The notes: a model not told the origin generated them from the sequence alone. DNA of 59,021 nt from Defluviitaleaceae bacterium (GCA_009786975.1 WRGX01000219.1:1-59021), one strand, 5' to 3'; numbered from the stretch's first letter, positions 13,101 to 19,351 are shown. Translations and numbers: made by a program.

Positions 13101-13102
13101 AT
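1172..13102 (-). CDS. giant (3,976 aa) secreted multidomain surface protein: CotH kinase-like, 3 lamin-tail domains, InlB-B/Listeria-Bacteroides-type repeats, 3x ~95-aa repeats, 2 Big_2, Cys-rich segment, C-terminal type-I dockerin
   Basis: - Uninterrupted 11.9-kb ORF with signal peptide MKKRAKRMLAWLTAFLMVFSSFASFA.
- CotH-like motifs: FFPIRSIRINFNQ, NLRTADIEGTNLRDPLSMWL, VFVNGEFWGMYNM (about nt 10500-11750).
- LTD motifs: IIHQVYGQGPEGNNAVSHGFIELYNPG (about 9625), ILINQVHGQGPPGDNTLSHGFIELHNP (about 8665), VIIHQIHAGGSVDSNALSHSFIELYNLS (about 3930).
- Many G(Y/W)xFxxW....TFxMPxxxVTxxAxW repeat modules.
- Two ~80%-similar Big_2 modules (about 2080-2340 and 3030-3290).
- Dockerin DVNGDGVVDMADAFLLALYLA...DVSGRGIVDEYDLNLLRQYLA. 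Confidence 0.9.
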   Translation of the reverse strand: MKKRAKRMLAWLTAFLMVFSSFASFASFAPLPVFADEPVELSNGFDEVVYTRAVNETPRFFQSDYAVGDEDGLFLPPEITPFFIGEPQRAPTFSARGGVHTSAFPLSIHGYGANVRITFDGSYPVVCGVYPNCDPVNRNLPTNFLALPGYPHIAATCGCSFVLPAGETMMINYVVPTHANSPMSVHGIGRGNPGFWNVGWASGTIEDSGYVSPVLSRFRAFPNNANFTISNPAPPAAGGGYFVPNLIYNGIAIRAAGFDRNGIAGPASTQTFIVNRGGGLGWDDTRIISIVVQPEEFAHPITGMMRNWDRQLRRRSGPPPASPGGAVVPGAPEPFSDWVSRGAPPGYAAPAIGPHLGVAAQPARPLPAGFTRPVFWPAGRTTNWPIEGAGFYPYDWPAQIQAGLWDGLDFLGNPVPGMEDGGYFGLGSVRRRPDGVAIDMGYQNLGPRAVANIEVYDESGREIVNQRGRTWVFGNWSRFFPIRSIRINFNQGDGDVTGAYDLVPGTRRHFYAANELVTNFRHINLRTADIEGTNLRDPLSMWLAHPLRPMIQHATYSAVFVNGEFWGMYNMSVHRHPHFIGEMYGVPRNNVHLAQDEWMDIIANRFIIYPPSDTGGIAGREIDATTGTRRTALGTPNDAYEGGWSGYARRVPAYFPPNHPQAGEPVPDGWAGQDHLSREWFDYLDTVLCMDNFIDWFIVYYHLENWDWLNNNAEMWRTSRNLGSDPITGEDIFGDPVVIPGMYGADGRWRFIAQDFDNAIFHGANNMLNYFTAMTSPYCPEGCANCGNATPDDSRPANDCRGEPLPGGLPFDIMRDNSTWRRPEASARIFRVLLQNPYFRESFAARYSTYTGTAFHPARVERIISEQVDTRLSTVGRDRQRWGLTEGNPFMVPWASNNPYPFTEADRATRAAQWEGTSGSRWQPHTLRAPAGGSADLGGGSNPPPMSMLRGQQDVLIHRAGTAGPGDASGIHNSIEHMRAYFSMAPGNNPRPAQRAIGSWGRENQGLSVGTAGQYVRVNWRIEGGSPEENLAGDIGWLNVAGANVRADLFEWGNLSSYNRTVAGFPGFAIGDFSARYVRNMPIPVTANAQPGQRFSHFTVSGAGARIYVGGSIGPDGQNITDYTASFIPGQQIPFDTIRIIPAATEVTVTAHFNENEPTAIIHQVYGQGPEGNNAVSHGFIELYNPGPGDANLSNRTLQIQNIGDNVANNTVPTDWEYLEFPVGTIIPANTSFLIVSGAWSNTGGGSHVPRLIIEDYDMVWPGVEFSNRNFTVALVENPAGGGPVPLSRIITPDEQVRIDDLVGVVNSPAPRDVVHNVWGPSPASRISRQEASRRVWEFDELGNAIPHTVANTRNNYLDFDAVRFADLNMAEIELFRPRSSHDGVWPVPVGPTQSVVILNGGDGYRAFHNPAAAGQIVALEPGTAPFGHTFEEWTTITPNITIINPTSLTDAFFVMPTPLPGNPVTVTANFVEQELRPSSILINQVHGQGPPGDNTLSHGFIELHNPTSSVISLEGLSLQMQRPCRDHGEDIWHVLPLSNPIISPEGMRPGSSFLIVSTDWYNDGTGARPVPRYVIPHGEWDMEWNLRFSNRALTVALVEGTMPLSPIVARDEWSLIFDLVTAINDNSDLPAVLNFLGEGPALRSWRQGAARRVNFRNTRCNYSDFMQVDFRYPTGYANRRPEVAAHANGITNAELSALRPRYSGDGAWSIQGGGDGTTLVISTAPYGAGAYPAYGANPGDTILISAGYHFGYDFREWTVLEGGDDIVIADPTSPETYFIMPDPATSVVLLAGWDAFYNVTVNNSFAGALSGAGTYEIGERVTVFAGTRAGGWFFDGWSGSDVFLLADRNAAITYFIMPARDVSFNANWREIPAANVNWPIHITGIRNDTVITNHAEGAIVAGHVAASGAAGPWGVNGTPAAERTVMNIPVNYPGANLTLIAKTGHHGHMADNDRAMQFSVDQFGNFTSTNPHAVFSQNPPSNQVYISYGNPATTPDGSEFLFPPAPGHIPWEPPLERFDLTVIDSFATTPELAGEGRFPEGLSVAINAGVRENYVFDRWDVTGISPDALADRFNPVTTFTMPNAPVTVTAIWIEGQREQPDVDWPVQFSAFFGDRLHEVATPIMDPDRPERIQRNTGTTPGYIVWVNPNQEVGSVGLQTRSIRFVPDQTAMFYSTTNIVQIVVLAGEGDIGIPTASAIWHGEPLSASAISGGSPEGTWSWLDGAQLPGIGANQPFEAVFTPHDAGNIDWSEHLPTGWTWHEPSGTVRGTIPVTVNDPADIVTVISEGAGSSGSGTFATGATVHINAGTAPRWYQNFSHWEVTEGGPLADLDPYSPVASFTKPNHAVILTAVFADLPAFNITVNGGHPGTASSNRPGAPPNRTNAGYTVTINAGAFGQYTFAGWTVTSGNATLADPSAVQTTFTMPEGDVVLQANWTQRYTVTINEGHGGAESGAGIHNVGDRVVVFAGNRGDDYFFDGWTVSGTPVTLANSDAAITYFTMPAGNVTLTATWREELVVGVPSLPMEFRAIVNDPVYVRGTWFDGHFTGGGTESYRIDETAPVMRPDDATRMLISRNVTAAQNFTLRVGNGESRDHTGDGRAHGAGRVIHVSVTAAPTVNVVANAFSSDWGWQVSQNQNTGNGQVSHDRSIPGVTFISYGASIPDGHIEGPFRASDPAETFTVTVNGARGVSAALSGAGSFPAGQTVAINAGTQPGYEFSHWAVVIGGVTIAQINNAITTFEMPAGDVTVLAHWDDVTIGLDPSSAVISNGNLSQAVAVTGTASGNIAVSYTLPDALQNYVTVTWTAGTPTVTISGIRPTVQGRNISGNFDIAVTRNGVTANLPVEVNLTSTWADILDFSPEYVEVNDQNLTATVDMTGAATGNIDVSYTIPAALLNYVEMDWTATTPSVTVTATRPSTNVPSVVGYFYVYVTRQDTTESFRVDVNLTTTWYPTVEFNPASVSLTDANAGTGQVVNVIGGATGDISANYTIPAAMQSFVSISVSQGANPTVTVTGTRPTTDVEPVIGHFYVEVTRQGVSESFRVDVNLTSAYTPHLDHPDVIIHQIHAGGSVDSNALSHSFIELYNLSDESVYLGNFSLQVQNSAGIAAATPVPWNVLPLSELPTELRTIQPMHSLLIVSSQGVWTGAATARRQIEAYDFAWDQVFDNRSFAVALVSDHAALPPANAAGDNRVIDLVGGRNAAADRLDNYFGAPTRVSRSEAPRRINFQNTQNNAADFEGTRPLDSYPLGNWDVTFPRYSGDGAWPADVTPTAVTVTAAGGAETVVQGATLQFSAVVGPRGASQAVGWSINPPVDGASIGDAGLLAVDASVPEGTPITVVATAYGTDVFGTETVTVTPAVQRSDVVLAEIATTVHTQSLRFMHVDATGGLFQSVSSLQAFSNNAPVEIRGENTPFNFRNQENLVHPQLVDVDGREDFPNLDAAGIADNVGGRGWRGVGTGSLDSGVTIETASAWQVRFSTEGFNNIRFSAQQRSTSSGPDAFALAYRIGSDGEWMHITGSERSIFRGGNGNITDYENPASHSFTDFLLPAAVNDQPVVYLRVYARDLTIDRRLNGNTSINNIMITGENEGDTPPETVTVTAADDATTVERGATLQFGAVVGPTGASQAVEWSIYPTVDGASISNTGLLTVDASVPEDTSITVRATATGTDVFGEAAVIVTAVGPCVECGDNDVCCATCGNECTEYPNCDCGVHALLPGSAIAVPATEANVTHNTITVYPAELASNTGQTIEYAISTSGTVAPTTGWQAGLFFDGRDPGTQHFVWSRSAANATHNAGEPMASEGITTLNLGIELTGIEPPANVSNVLHGAEATAEGLGLPAQVRLNLADSTYRMVYVTWNVAASNYDPAITAEQNFTVLGIFDLPSGIINTATHPLEVSINVTVLARSISVLLGDVNGDGVVDMADAFLLALYLANPGSVDIIRANADVSGRGIVDEYDLNLLRQYLARLILSFPAAN

Positions 13103-13303
13103 TTCGAAATACCACCCTTCTAAAATTTGAACTCATGTTCGGAAGGATTTTTGGAAACAAAAATGTTTCCAAACACCCTATGCTACATCTATATTACAGG
13201 GCAAATTTTTTTTTCGCAAGTGATTTTTGAAAAAAATATTCTTTACCCGATATTGAATCGGGCGGCTGTTATTTGGGGAGGAGGAGAGGTAAAAATCGCA
13301 ACG

Positions 13304-13393
13304 AAAAAGCGCGCCAAGCGCGCATTGGACACCGGGGACATGTGTCGGAGTCGGCGCATTCCCTCGAAGCCGGGAGCAATTTCCTAGCCCACG
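13304..13393 (+). repeat. R90 repeat copy, forward orientation, in a divergent intergenic region
   Basis: AAAAAGCGCGCCAAGCGCGC head (palindrome 13309-13323), then ACCGGGGACATGTGTCGG and CTCGAAGCCGGGAGCAATTTCC. Confidence 0.9.
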
Positions 13394-13437
13394 AAAAAAA
13401 TGAGTCGGCGAGTGTCACTCGCCGACTCATTTTTTTC
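13394..13437. repeat. P31 palindrome copy (terminator-like hairpin) with no gene to terminate
   Basis: A7-ATGAGTCGGCGAGTG-T-CACTCGCCGACTCAT-T7, with the perfect 15-bp arms at 13400-13430. It lies between the divergently transcribed giant gene and the SLH gene. Confidence 0.8.
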
Positions 13438-13548
13438 GTTGCGATTTTTTGGCAAAATCCGGCGATATTCGTCCGGTAAATTCTCTTTGCTTTTTTTCAA
13501 ACTGTAATGTATAATCACTCTGTAAAATTCAAAAGGGGGCTACTTATA

Positions 13549-15558
13549 ATGAAGAAAATTTTAACCATAGGTCTTATTTTATTGATTCTCGCGGCGTTTC
13601 CCGCTATCGCCACTGCGGCACAAACGCCCGCGCCCACACCTCCGCCCGTGCCGAATGTCGCGGACATCGAGCTGACCGTCGAGCTTCAGGGGCTGGAAAA
13701 TTTATTTGTCGGTGCCGAAGTCAGCGGGCGCATTTTATTTGAGCTGGAAGGCGCGCAGTTTGCGCAGGAAATTGCTCCGGAAGATTTTTGGGTAGGCAAT
13801 TTGCCGCCGGGTCTCGTTGCCGAAGATGCACGGCGCATCGGCAACCAACTCGTTGAAATTCGCATAACAGGCCGTCCCGACCAAGAAATCGCGACAGCGC
13901 GGGTTTTAACCACCCCCGCACGCCTGCACGTGCGCAATATTCGCCACGGACAACTCCTGTCGATTGCCACGATTCCCATCACGCGCGAAGGCTCGTTCAG
14001 CGTGGGTTCCGCCGCGGCAAGCTCGGGCATTTACCCTACGGCGATTTTCTTTGACCTGAACCCGTACGGAGCGTATCACCGCGACGCCTTCGTGCGCATA
14101 AATCTGCCCTACGGTTTCTCCCTTATAAACATCCGTTACGGCAGAATGAATTTGACCGAAGAAACGCAATTTACAAGGCATCCGAACAATCAGATAAGAA
14201 TCCACAGTTCGTTTTTGAACCGCATGGCGATTGGCGAATGGGAGCTTGAATTTATGATGAATCGCGGCGCAAATCCGACGGTTCGTATCGTAGTCATTGA
14301 TACAAGAACGGATGAAGAGCCGGAGGAATACGAGGAAGTCGGGCCGCCGCCCGCGCCGCCTCAAGCCCCGCCGCATCCCGACGACAGCTTTATGTACCTG
14401 ACAGGCGGAATCGCCGTGGATTTAAATTCCCTTCATTGGAACCTGAACCGCGCGCGTGTAACGCCCGAATTCCATGACGGCGTCGCGACCGCGACGGTTC
14501 GAGCCAATGTGCTGAATTACCTCGCATGGGAACGCCCCGGCGAAACCTTTCAGATTCTTACGCCGCACGCGCGAATTCGCATCCCGACAGATATTTTCGC
14601 TTCAATGTACGGCGCGAGTGCCGCAGTTTCAGCCAATGACCTGACCTACAGCCAAGTAGATTTGCGCATAACAATCGCCGACCGTTCCGGCGACGAGCGT
14701 TTCAACGAAATGCTTGAAGCGACGTATCCATACGGCGAAATTTTATCGTCCCTGCTCGAGTTTCGCGTGGAGCTTGTTTGTGCCGTAACCGACGAAATAA
14801 TCCTCACGGCGCAAGAATTCGCGACGCCGCTTGAATTGTCGTTTATCGTAATGGACAACGCCGGTCACCTGCGTCCCGCGGGCGTTTTATTCCGGACGCA
14901 ATGGATTGAATTTGTACCGTATCGTTCGCCCTCGCCCAACGAATTTGTCCTCAGAACAATTTTCCCGGGTACAATGGGCGTAATCCACAATCGCATCCAT
15001 TTCGAAGATATTTACTCGACCCACTGGGGATTTGTGCAGTCCTACACGGCGGCATACAGCGGTCTTCTCGTGCCGACGGCGCAACTCAGCCCCGATACAC
15101 CGATTACACGCGGCGAATTCGCCCAGCTTGTTGCCTCAATTTTACAGCTTCCCCGCGCAAGCGCGCATATCTCCGGCTTCACCGATGTCCCGCCGCCGAA
15201 CGTATTTTTCGACGGAGTAAGCCGCCTGTTTAACGCAGGTCTGCTCGGCCCCTATGTACCCGGCTCACGTTTCTATCCCAACTCGATAATAACGCGCGAA
15301 GAAATGGCATCGATAGTCGGCATGGCAATTCGCCTGAACGACCCCGTCCTGCCCGAAAATTCGCGCCCCCTCCTAACCTTCACCGACGGCGACGAATTCA
15401 CCCAAGCCCACATGCACAACGTCCAAGCAACCGTAGATTTCGGCGCAATGGTAGGCTATCCCGACAATTCCTTCCGCCCCCAAAGGCAAGCCACACGCAT
15501 CTACGCCCTCGAAGCCACGATACGTCTCGCCCGCATTTTGGGCATCCTCGACGAGTAG
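13549..15558 (+). CDS. secreted cell-wall protein with three C-terminal SLH domains
   Basis: SD AAAGGGGG lies about 10 nt upstream of ATG 13549, and the signal peptide is MKKILTIGLILLILAAFPAIATA. SLH-like segments: FEDIYSTHWGFVQSYTAAYSGLL, FTDVPPPNVFFDGVSRLFNAGLL, FTDGDEFTQAHMHNVQATVDFGAMVGYPDNSFRP. The longer ORF from 13507 lacks an SD. Confidence 0.8.
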   Translation: MKKILTIGLILLILAAFPAIATAAQTPAPTPPPVPNVADIELTVELQGLENLFVGAEVSGRILFELEGAQFAQEIAPEDFWVGNLPPGLVAEDARRIGNQLVEIRITGRPDQEIATARVLTTPARLHVRNIRHGQLLSIATIPITREGSFSVGSAAASSGIYPTAIFFDLNPYGAYHRDAFVRINLPYGFSLINIRYGRMNLTEETQFTRHPNNQIRIHSSFLNRMAIGEWELEFMMNRGANPTVRIVVIDTRTDEEPEEYEEVGPPPAPPQAPPHPDDSFMYLTGGIAVDLNSLHWNLNRARVTPEFHDGVATATVRANVLNYLAWERPGETFQILTPHARIRIPTDIFASMYGASAAVSANDLTYSQVDLRITIADRSGDERFNEMLEATYPYGEILSSLLEFRVELVCAVTDEIILTAQEFATPLELSFIVMDNAGHLRPAGVLFRTQWIEFVPYRSPSPNEFVLRTIFPGTMGVIHNRIHFEDIYSTHWGFVQSYTAAYSGLLVPTAQLSPDTPITRGEFAQLVASILQLPRASAHISGFTDVPPPNVFFDGVSRLFNAGLLGPYVPGSRFYPNSIITREEMASIVGMAIRLNDPVLPENSRPLLTFTDGDEFTQAHMHNVQATVDFGAMVGYPDNSFRPQRQATRIYALEATIRLARILGILDE

Positions 15559-15583
15559 GATGCCCAAATAATCTCACATTGAT

Positions 15584-15613
15584 TTGACAACCCCCCGAAA
15601 TAAAATGTAAAAT
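15584..15613 (+). promoter_or_regulatory. sigma-A-type promoter (TTGACA-N18-TGtTAAAAT)
   Basis: TTGACA at 15584-15589 and an extended -10 TGTAAAAT at 15606-15613, about 45 nt upstream of the small ORF at 15657. Confidence 0.45.
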
Positions 15614-15656
15614 ACCCCTCGCATGTAAAAAATTAAAAATCTAAGGAGATACAATT

Positions 15657-15809
15657 ATGCCGAAACCAAAACGCGGAAAACTCGCGCGCACAACAAAAGA
15701 CTGGCGTGGAAATTGCCCCGCTTGTACCCGTACCGGAGTAAAACTTCTTTGGGAAAAAACCGACGGTGAAAAAACCCTAAAAGTATGCAAGCAGTGCGGA
15801 GAGGTCTAA
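15657..15809 (+). CDS. small (50 aa) zinc-ribbon protein
   Basis: Not in the ORF track because it is under 60 aa. SD AAGGAG lies 7 nt upstream of the ATG. Translation: MPKPKRGKLARTTKDWRGNCPACTRTGVKLLWEKTDGEKTLKVCKQCGEV, with CxxC...CxxC. Confidence 0.5.
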   Translation: MPKPKRGKLARTTKDWRGNCPACTRTGVKLLWEKTDGEKTLKVCKQCGEV

Positions 15810-15879
15810 GGCGCGAAAAGGGACCGATATGATGAAGGCACTCCCTGTGGGGCTTGTCGCGAATCGAACGTACTTTCCA

Positions 15880-15908
15880 TTGACATTTTTTCGGGAATAT
15901 TTTATTAT
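15880..15908 (+). promoter_or_regulatory. candidate rplM-rpsI promoter
   Basis: TTGACA at 15880-15885, a 16-17 nt spacer, then TATTAT/ATTATA. A 16-bp tandem AACGAGATTTTCTTTC repeat at 15956-15986 lies in the leader. Confidence 0.4.
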
Positions 15909-16013
15909 ATTTGCATCTTAGCCCCGATTAAGATTTTTTTTAATGAAATTTTTTTAACGAGATTTTCTTTCAACGAGATTTTCTTTAATGCTTTAATGAA
16001 AAGAGGAAATGAA

Positions 16014-16451
16014 ATGCGCACTACCCACATTACAAAACCCCATGAGGTTACGCGCAAATGGTTCGTAATCGATGCCGAAGGCAAAAATTTGGGGCGGCTT
16101 TCCACGCAAATCGCACACATTTTACGGGGGAAGCATAAACCCACTTTCAGCCCCTCCGTTGACACAGGCGATTGCGTGATTGTCGTAAATGCGGAAAAGG
16201 TCGTCTTGACCGGTCGCAAAATGGACCAAAAAGTCTATGTAAAAAATTCGGGCTACATTGGTTCCAGAAAAGAAATCAAAATCAAGGACATGATGAAAAA
16301 AAAGCCCGAGTTTGTCCTTTGGCACGCCGTCAAAGGAATGCTTCCGAAAAATAATCTCGGTCGCAAAATGTTCGGAAAATTCCACGTTTTCGCGGGCCCC
16401 GAGCATAATCATCAGGCGCAAAAGCCCGAAGTCCTTGAATTGCAATTTTAG
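16014..16451 (+). CDS. rplM: 50S ribosomal protein L13
   Basis: [43 protein letters not shown] is a typical L13 N-terminus. SD AGAGGA lies 6 nt upstream of ATG 16014. Confidence 0.95.
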   Translation: MRTTHITKPHEVTRKWFVIDAEGKNLGRLSTQIAHILRGKHKPTFSPSVDTGDCVIVVNAEKVVLTGRKMDQKVYVKNSGYIGSRKEIKIKDMMKKKPEFVLWHAVKGMLPKNNLGRKMFGKFHVFAGPEHNHQAQKPEVLELQF

Positions 16452-16506
16452 AAAGTGCAATTTTAGCAGGTTTCGGAAATTTTCAGTTTTATAAAGGAGT
16501 AAGTTT

Positions 16507-16899
16507 ATGGCTGCTGTTTCATATTATGGCACGGGCAGAAGAAAAAGCGCGATTGCGCGCGTATACCTCATGCCCGGTAAAGGCAAAATTTTTATAAACA
16601 AGCGCGAAATAGACGATTATTTCGGGCTTGATACGCTTAAACTTATCGTACGACAACCGCTTGAGCTTACGGGAACGTCGGCGAAATTTGACATCAAAGT
16701 CAATGTTTTCGGCGGCGGATACACCGGGCAAGCAGGCGCGATTCGTCACGGAATATCACGCGCGCTTCTTATCGCGGATGAAGACTTCCGCCAGCCGCTT
16801 AAAAAAGCCGGCTTCCTGACACGCGACCCACGCATGAAAGAGCGTAAAAAGTACGGACTCAAAGGTGCCAGACGCGCGCCGCAGTTCTCGAAACGTTAA
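16507..16899 (+). CDS. rpsI: 30S ribosomal protein S9
   Basis: [19 protein letters not shown] and the C-terminal [18 protein letters not shown]; SD AAAGGAG. Confidence 0.95.
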   Translation: MAAVSYYGTGRRKSAIARVYLMPGKGKIFINKREIDDYFGLDTLKLIVRQPLELTGTSAKFDIKVNVFGGGYTGQAGAIRHGISRALLIADEDFRQPLKKAGFLTRDPRMKERKKYGLKGARRAPQFSKR

Positions 16900-17963
16900 T
16901 GTTTTCTCTTGCTAACCCCACTCGTGCGAAAGCGCGAGATTTCAAATCCCCTCTCAGAAACCCCCGGTCACCCGCCGGGGGTTTTGTAAAACTGCAAGCC
17001 TTTGCTAAAATCAACCTCTTTTTGGATGTTGTCGCAAAACGAAGTGATGGATACCACGATATTTTTTCCGTGATGCAGAGCGTAAGTTTGAGCGACGAAA
17101 TTGAGCTTAGAAGGGTAGGGGGCAGCCGGAAAGTGCGACTTGTATGCGACGAACCGACCCTCCCGACAGATGGGCGAAATCTTGTTGTTAAAGCGGCGGA
17201 CGCGCTTATTCGCGAGTGTGGCATTTTCGAGGGGATTGATATTTTTTTGACTAAGCGAATCCCGTCGGGGGCAGGGCTTGCGGGTGGCAGCAGCGATTGT
17301 GCCGCGACGCTTTTGGGGATAAATGAGCTGTTTAATTTGAACATTTCGCTCCGGCGTCTTTTGGAAATCGGAAAATCGCTGGGCGCGGATGTGCCGTTTT
17401 GTTTGACCGGCGGCACGGCGATAACCGAGGGTATTGGCGAAAAAATTACGCCGATTAGGCCCTGTCCGCCGTGCTGTATTGTGGTTGCCACGCCTGAAAT
17501 TCATATTTCGACTCCCGAAATTTTTTCGCGACTTGACGCCGGGAATTTTAATAATGTCCCTGCGCGTGAAAAATTTTTATTTGCGCTTAACGAAAAAAAT
17601 AATTCGAAAAAAAATATTTCGCAAATCGCAAATTCACTGTACAATGTATTTACACCAATAACCGCCGCGCTTTATCCCGAAATTTTCGATTTAATTGCAC
17701 AGCTGAAAGGGCTTGGGGCAGAGGGTGCAGAAATGAGCGGCACCGGTTCCGCTGTATTTGCCGTTTTCGCCGATAAAAACGCCGCCGAATCGGCGGCCGC
17801 CGCGATAAATTGCAAAGCCTTCATTTGTACACCCGTTATACTCACGAACCGAAACTTCTTCCAAAAATCATCTGAAGTTTCGGTTCGTGAGCAACCGTCA
17901 GCCAGAAACGAAAGTGAACTTCTTTCGTTTCATGAGTATAACCGAAAGGATTGGTCCGTATGA
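16899..17963 (+). CDS. ispE: 4-diphosphocytidyl-2-C-methyl-D-erythritol kinase
   Basis: FAKINLFLDVVAKRSDGYHDI and the GHMP motif IPSGAGLAGGSSDCAATLLG. The only canonical in-frame start is ATG 16899, which overlaps the rpsI stop as TAATG. That gives a ~30-aa N-terminal and ~40-aa C-terminal extension over typical IspE, so both ends are uncertain. Confidence 0.8.
   Translation: MFSLANPTRAKARDFKSPLRNPRSPAGGFVKLQAFAKINLFLDVVAKRSDGYHDIFSVMQSVSLSDEIELRRVGGSRKVRLVCDEPTLPTDGRNLVVKAADALIRECGIFEGIDIFLTKRIPSGAGLAGGSSDCAATLLGINELFNLNISLRRLLEIGKSLGADVPFCLTGGTAITEGIGEKITPIRPCPPCCIVVATPEIHISTPEIFSRLDAGNFNNVPAREKFLFALNEKNNSKKNISQIANSLYNVFTPITAALYPEIFDLIAQLKGLGAEGAEMSGTGSAVFAVFADKNAAESAAAAINCKAFICTPVILTNRNFFQKSSEVSVREQPSARNESELLSFHEYNRKDWSV
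16958..16986 (+). terminator. terminator-like hairpin after rpsI, inside the annotated 5' end of ispE
   Basis: AACCCCCGG-TCACCCG-CCGGGGGTT followed by TTTTG. Confidence 0.45.
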
Positions 17964-19351
17964 AAAAAATAATCTCACTGCTGTTTGTGTTAATTTTATT
18001 TGCCACACCTGTTTTTGCTCAAACCCAAACTTTTCGGGACGTATCAACGGCCCACTTCGCCTTCGATGCAATAAACTGGGTTTCCGACCCGGAAAACGGT
18101 TCGTTTATGGTTGGTGACGCGGGAAATAATTTTCATCCCGGGCGGCATATAAATAAATTCGAAGCGGCACAAATTTACGCGGTTGCGGCCGGGTTTCGCC
18201 ATGTTGCGCACGGCTTGCCCGAAAACGAGCGTGAGATTTTTGCGCGTTCCTTTGAAATTTGGTTGCCGTTTTTGGACGAAATGGCGGAAGAGTATTCAAG
18301 CTGGAGCCGCGTTGTTGACAGGGAAATCGCGTTCTTGTTGTACCGAGAAATTTTAACCACGGACGATGTTCGGGGATTTGTGACACGCGTTGGCACATCC
18401 GAGCAACGTCCTTTTTTAACGCGCCAACAAGCCGTGGCGTGGATTGTGCGTCTCGTCGGCGAGGGCGAAGCGGCGCAGGAATTTGCTCTGCCACCGACCG
18501 TTCCGTTTCGCGATGACGCGCAAATTTCACACGCGTATCGACGCTATATTTACCACGCGCGTGACCTTGGGATAATCCAGGGCGCGGGCGGATATGTGAA
18601 CCCCGTCGCGCATTTCACGCGTGCGGAAATGGCCGTTGTTTTTCACAATGTGCTTGCCGAAGAGGCCCCCGAAATAATTGATACCGGCGTGACAACAGCT
18701 GTTTCCGGGGCGATTTCAAGCGTTCACATGGACTCGCATGTCGGCATCGAATCCGACGACGCCGCGGAAGTGTTTCCCGTTGCGCAAAACGCCGTGATTA
18801 CGATTGACAACGTGCAACGTTCCGTTGTGTTTTTGCGCGAGGGCATGGCGGCCGCCGCGCTTGTTGACGGGCAGGGACGCATTGTAAGCCTTTCGGCGCG
18901 TTCCGTCGAGGAACCCGAGGAGCAAGTAATACAAGGCGTTGTCGCGGATTTTATTGTGGCGGAAGAACCGGGCGACGCATCCACGCTTACGATTGAAAAC
19001 GCCGACGGCGAAATTTTCGAATTGGAAGTCACCCCCGAAGCGCAATTTTCACGCAACGACGAGCCGCTGACAGGCGTCGCCGAACTTCGCATAGGCGACA
19101 CAATAACCGCCGAAACCTACAACGACACTTTACAGCGTGCCGCCGCGTCGGGCGAAATAACAACCGCGCACGGCCGCCTGACAGAAATCCGCATAACCGA
19201 ACGCATAGCCGAAATCACAATGCAACTCGAGGACTCCACCGCAAGCTATTTTATTCGTCCCGAAATTTTCGACGCATATGAACTGCGCATCAATATGTAT
19301 TTCCACGTAAAACTAAACAGCCGCGAAGTCCTGGATATACATTTCGAATAA
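17960..19351 (+). CDS. secreted protein with N-terminal SLH-like domains
   Basis: Signal peptide MKKIISLLFVLILFATPVFA. SLH-like segments FRDVSTAHFAFDAINWV and FRDDAQISHAYRRYIYHARDLGIIQG. ATG 17960 overlaps the ispE stop as ATGA. Confidence 0.7.
   Translation: MKKIISLLFVLILFATPVFAQTQTFRDVSTAHFAFDAINWVSDPENGSFMVGDAGNNFHPGRHINKFEAAQIYAVAAGFRHVAHGLPENEREIFARSFEIWLPFLDEMAEEYSSWSRVVDREIAFLLYREILTTDDVRGFVTRVGTSEQRPFLTRQQAVAWIVRLVGEGEAAQEFALPPTVPFRDDAQISHAYRRYIYHARDLGIIQGAGGYVNPVAHFTRAEMAVVFHNVLAEEAPEIIDTGVTTAVSGAISSVHMDSHVGIESDDAAEVFPVAQNAVITIDNVQRSVVFLREGMAAAALVDGQGRIVSLSARSVEEPEEQVIQGVVADFIVAEEPGDASTLTIENADGEIFELEVTPEAQFSRNDEPLTGVAELRIGDTITAETYNDTLQRAAASGEITTAHGRLTEIRITERIAEITMQLEDSTASYFIRPEIFDAYELRINMYFHVKLNSREVLDIHFE

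Noticed and set aside
16859-17504. Minus-strand ORFs of 210 and 178 aa opposite ispE
   Set aside because: They are antisense to a gene with clear GHMP-kinase motifs. They are rich in Arg and Ser, which is typical of shadow frames.
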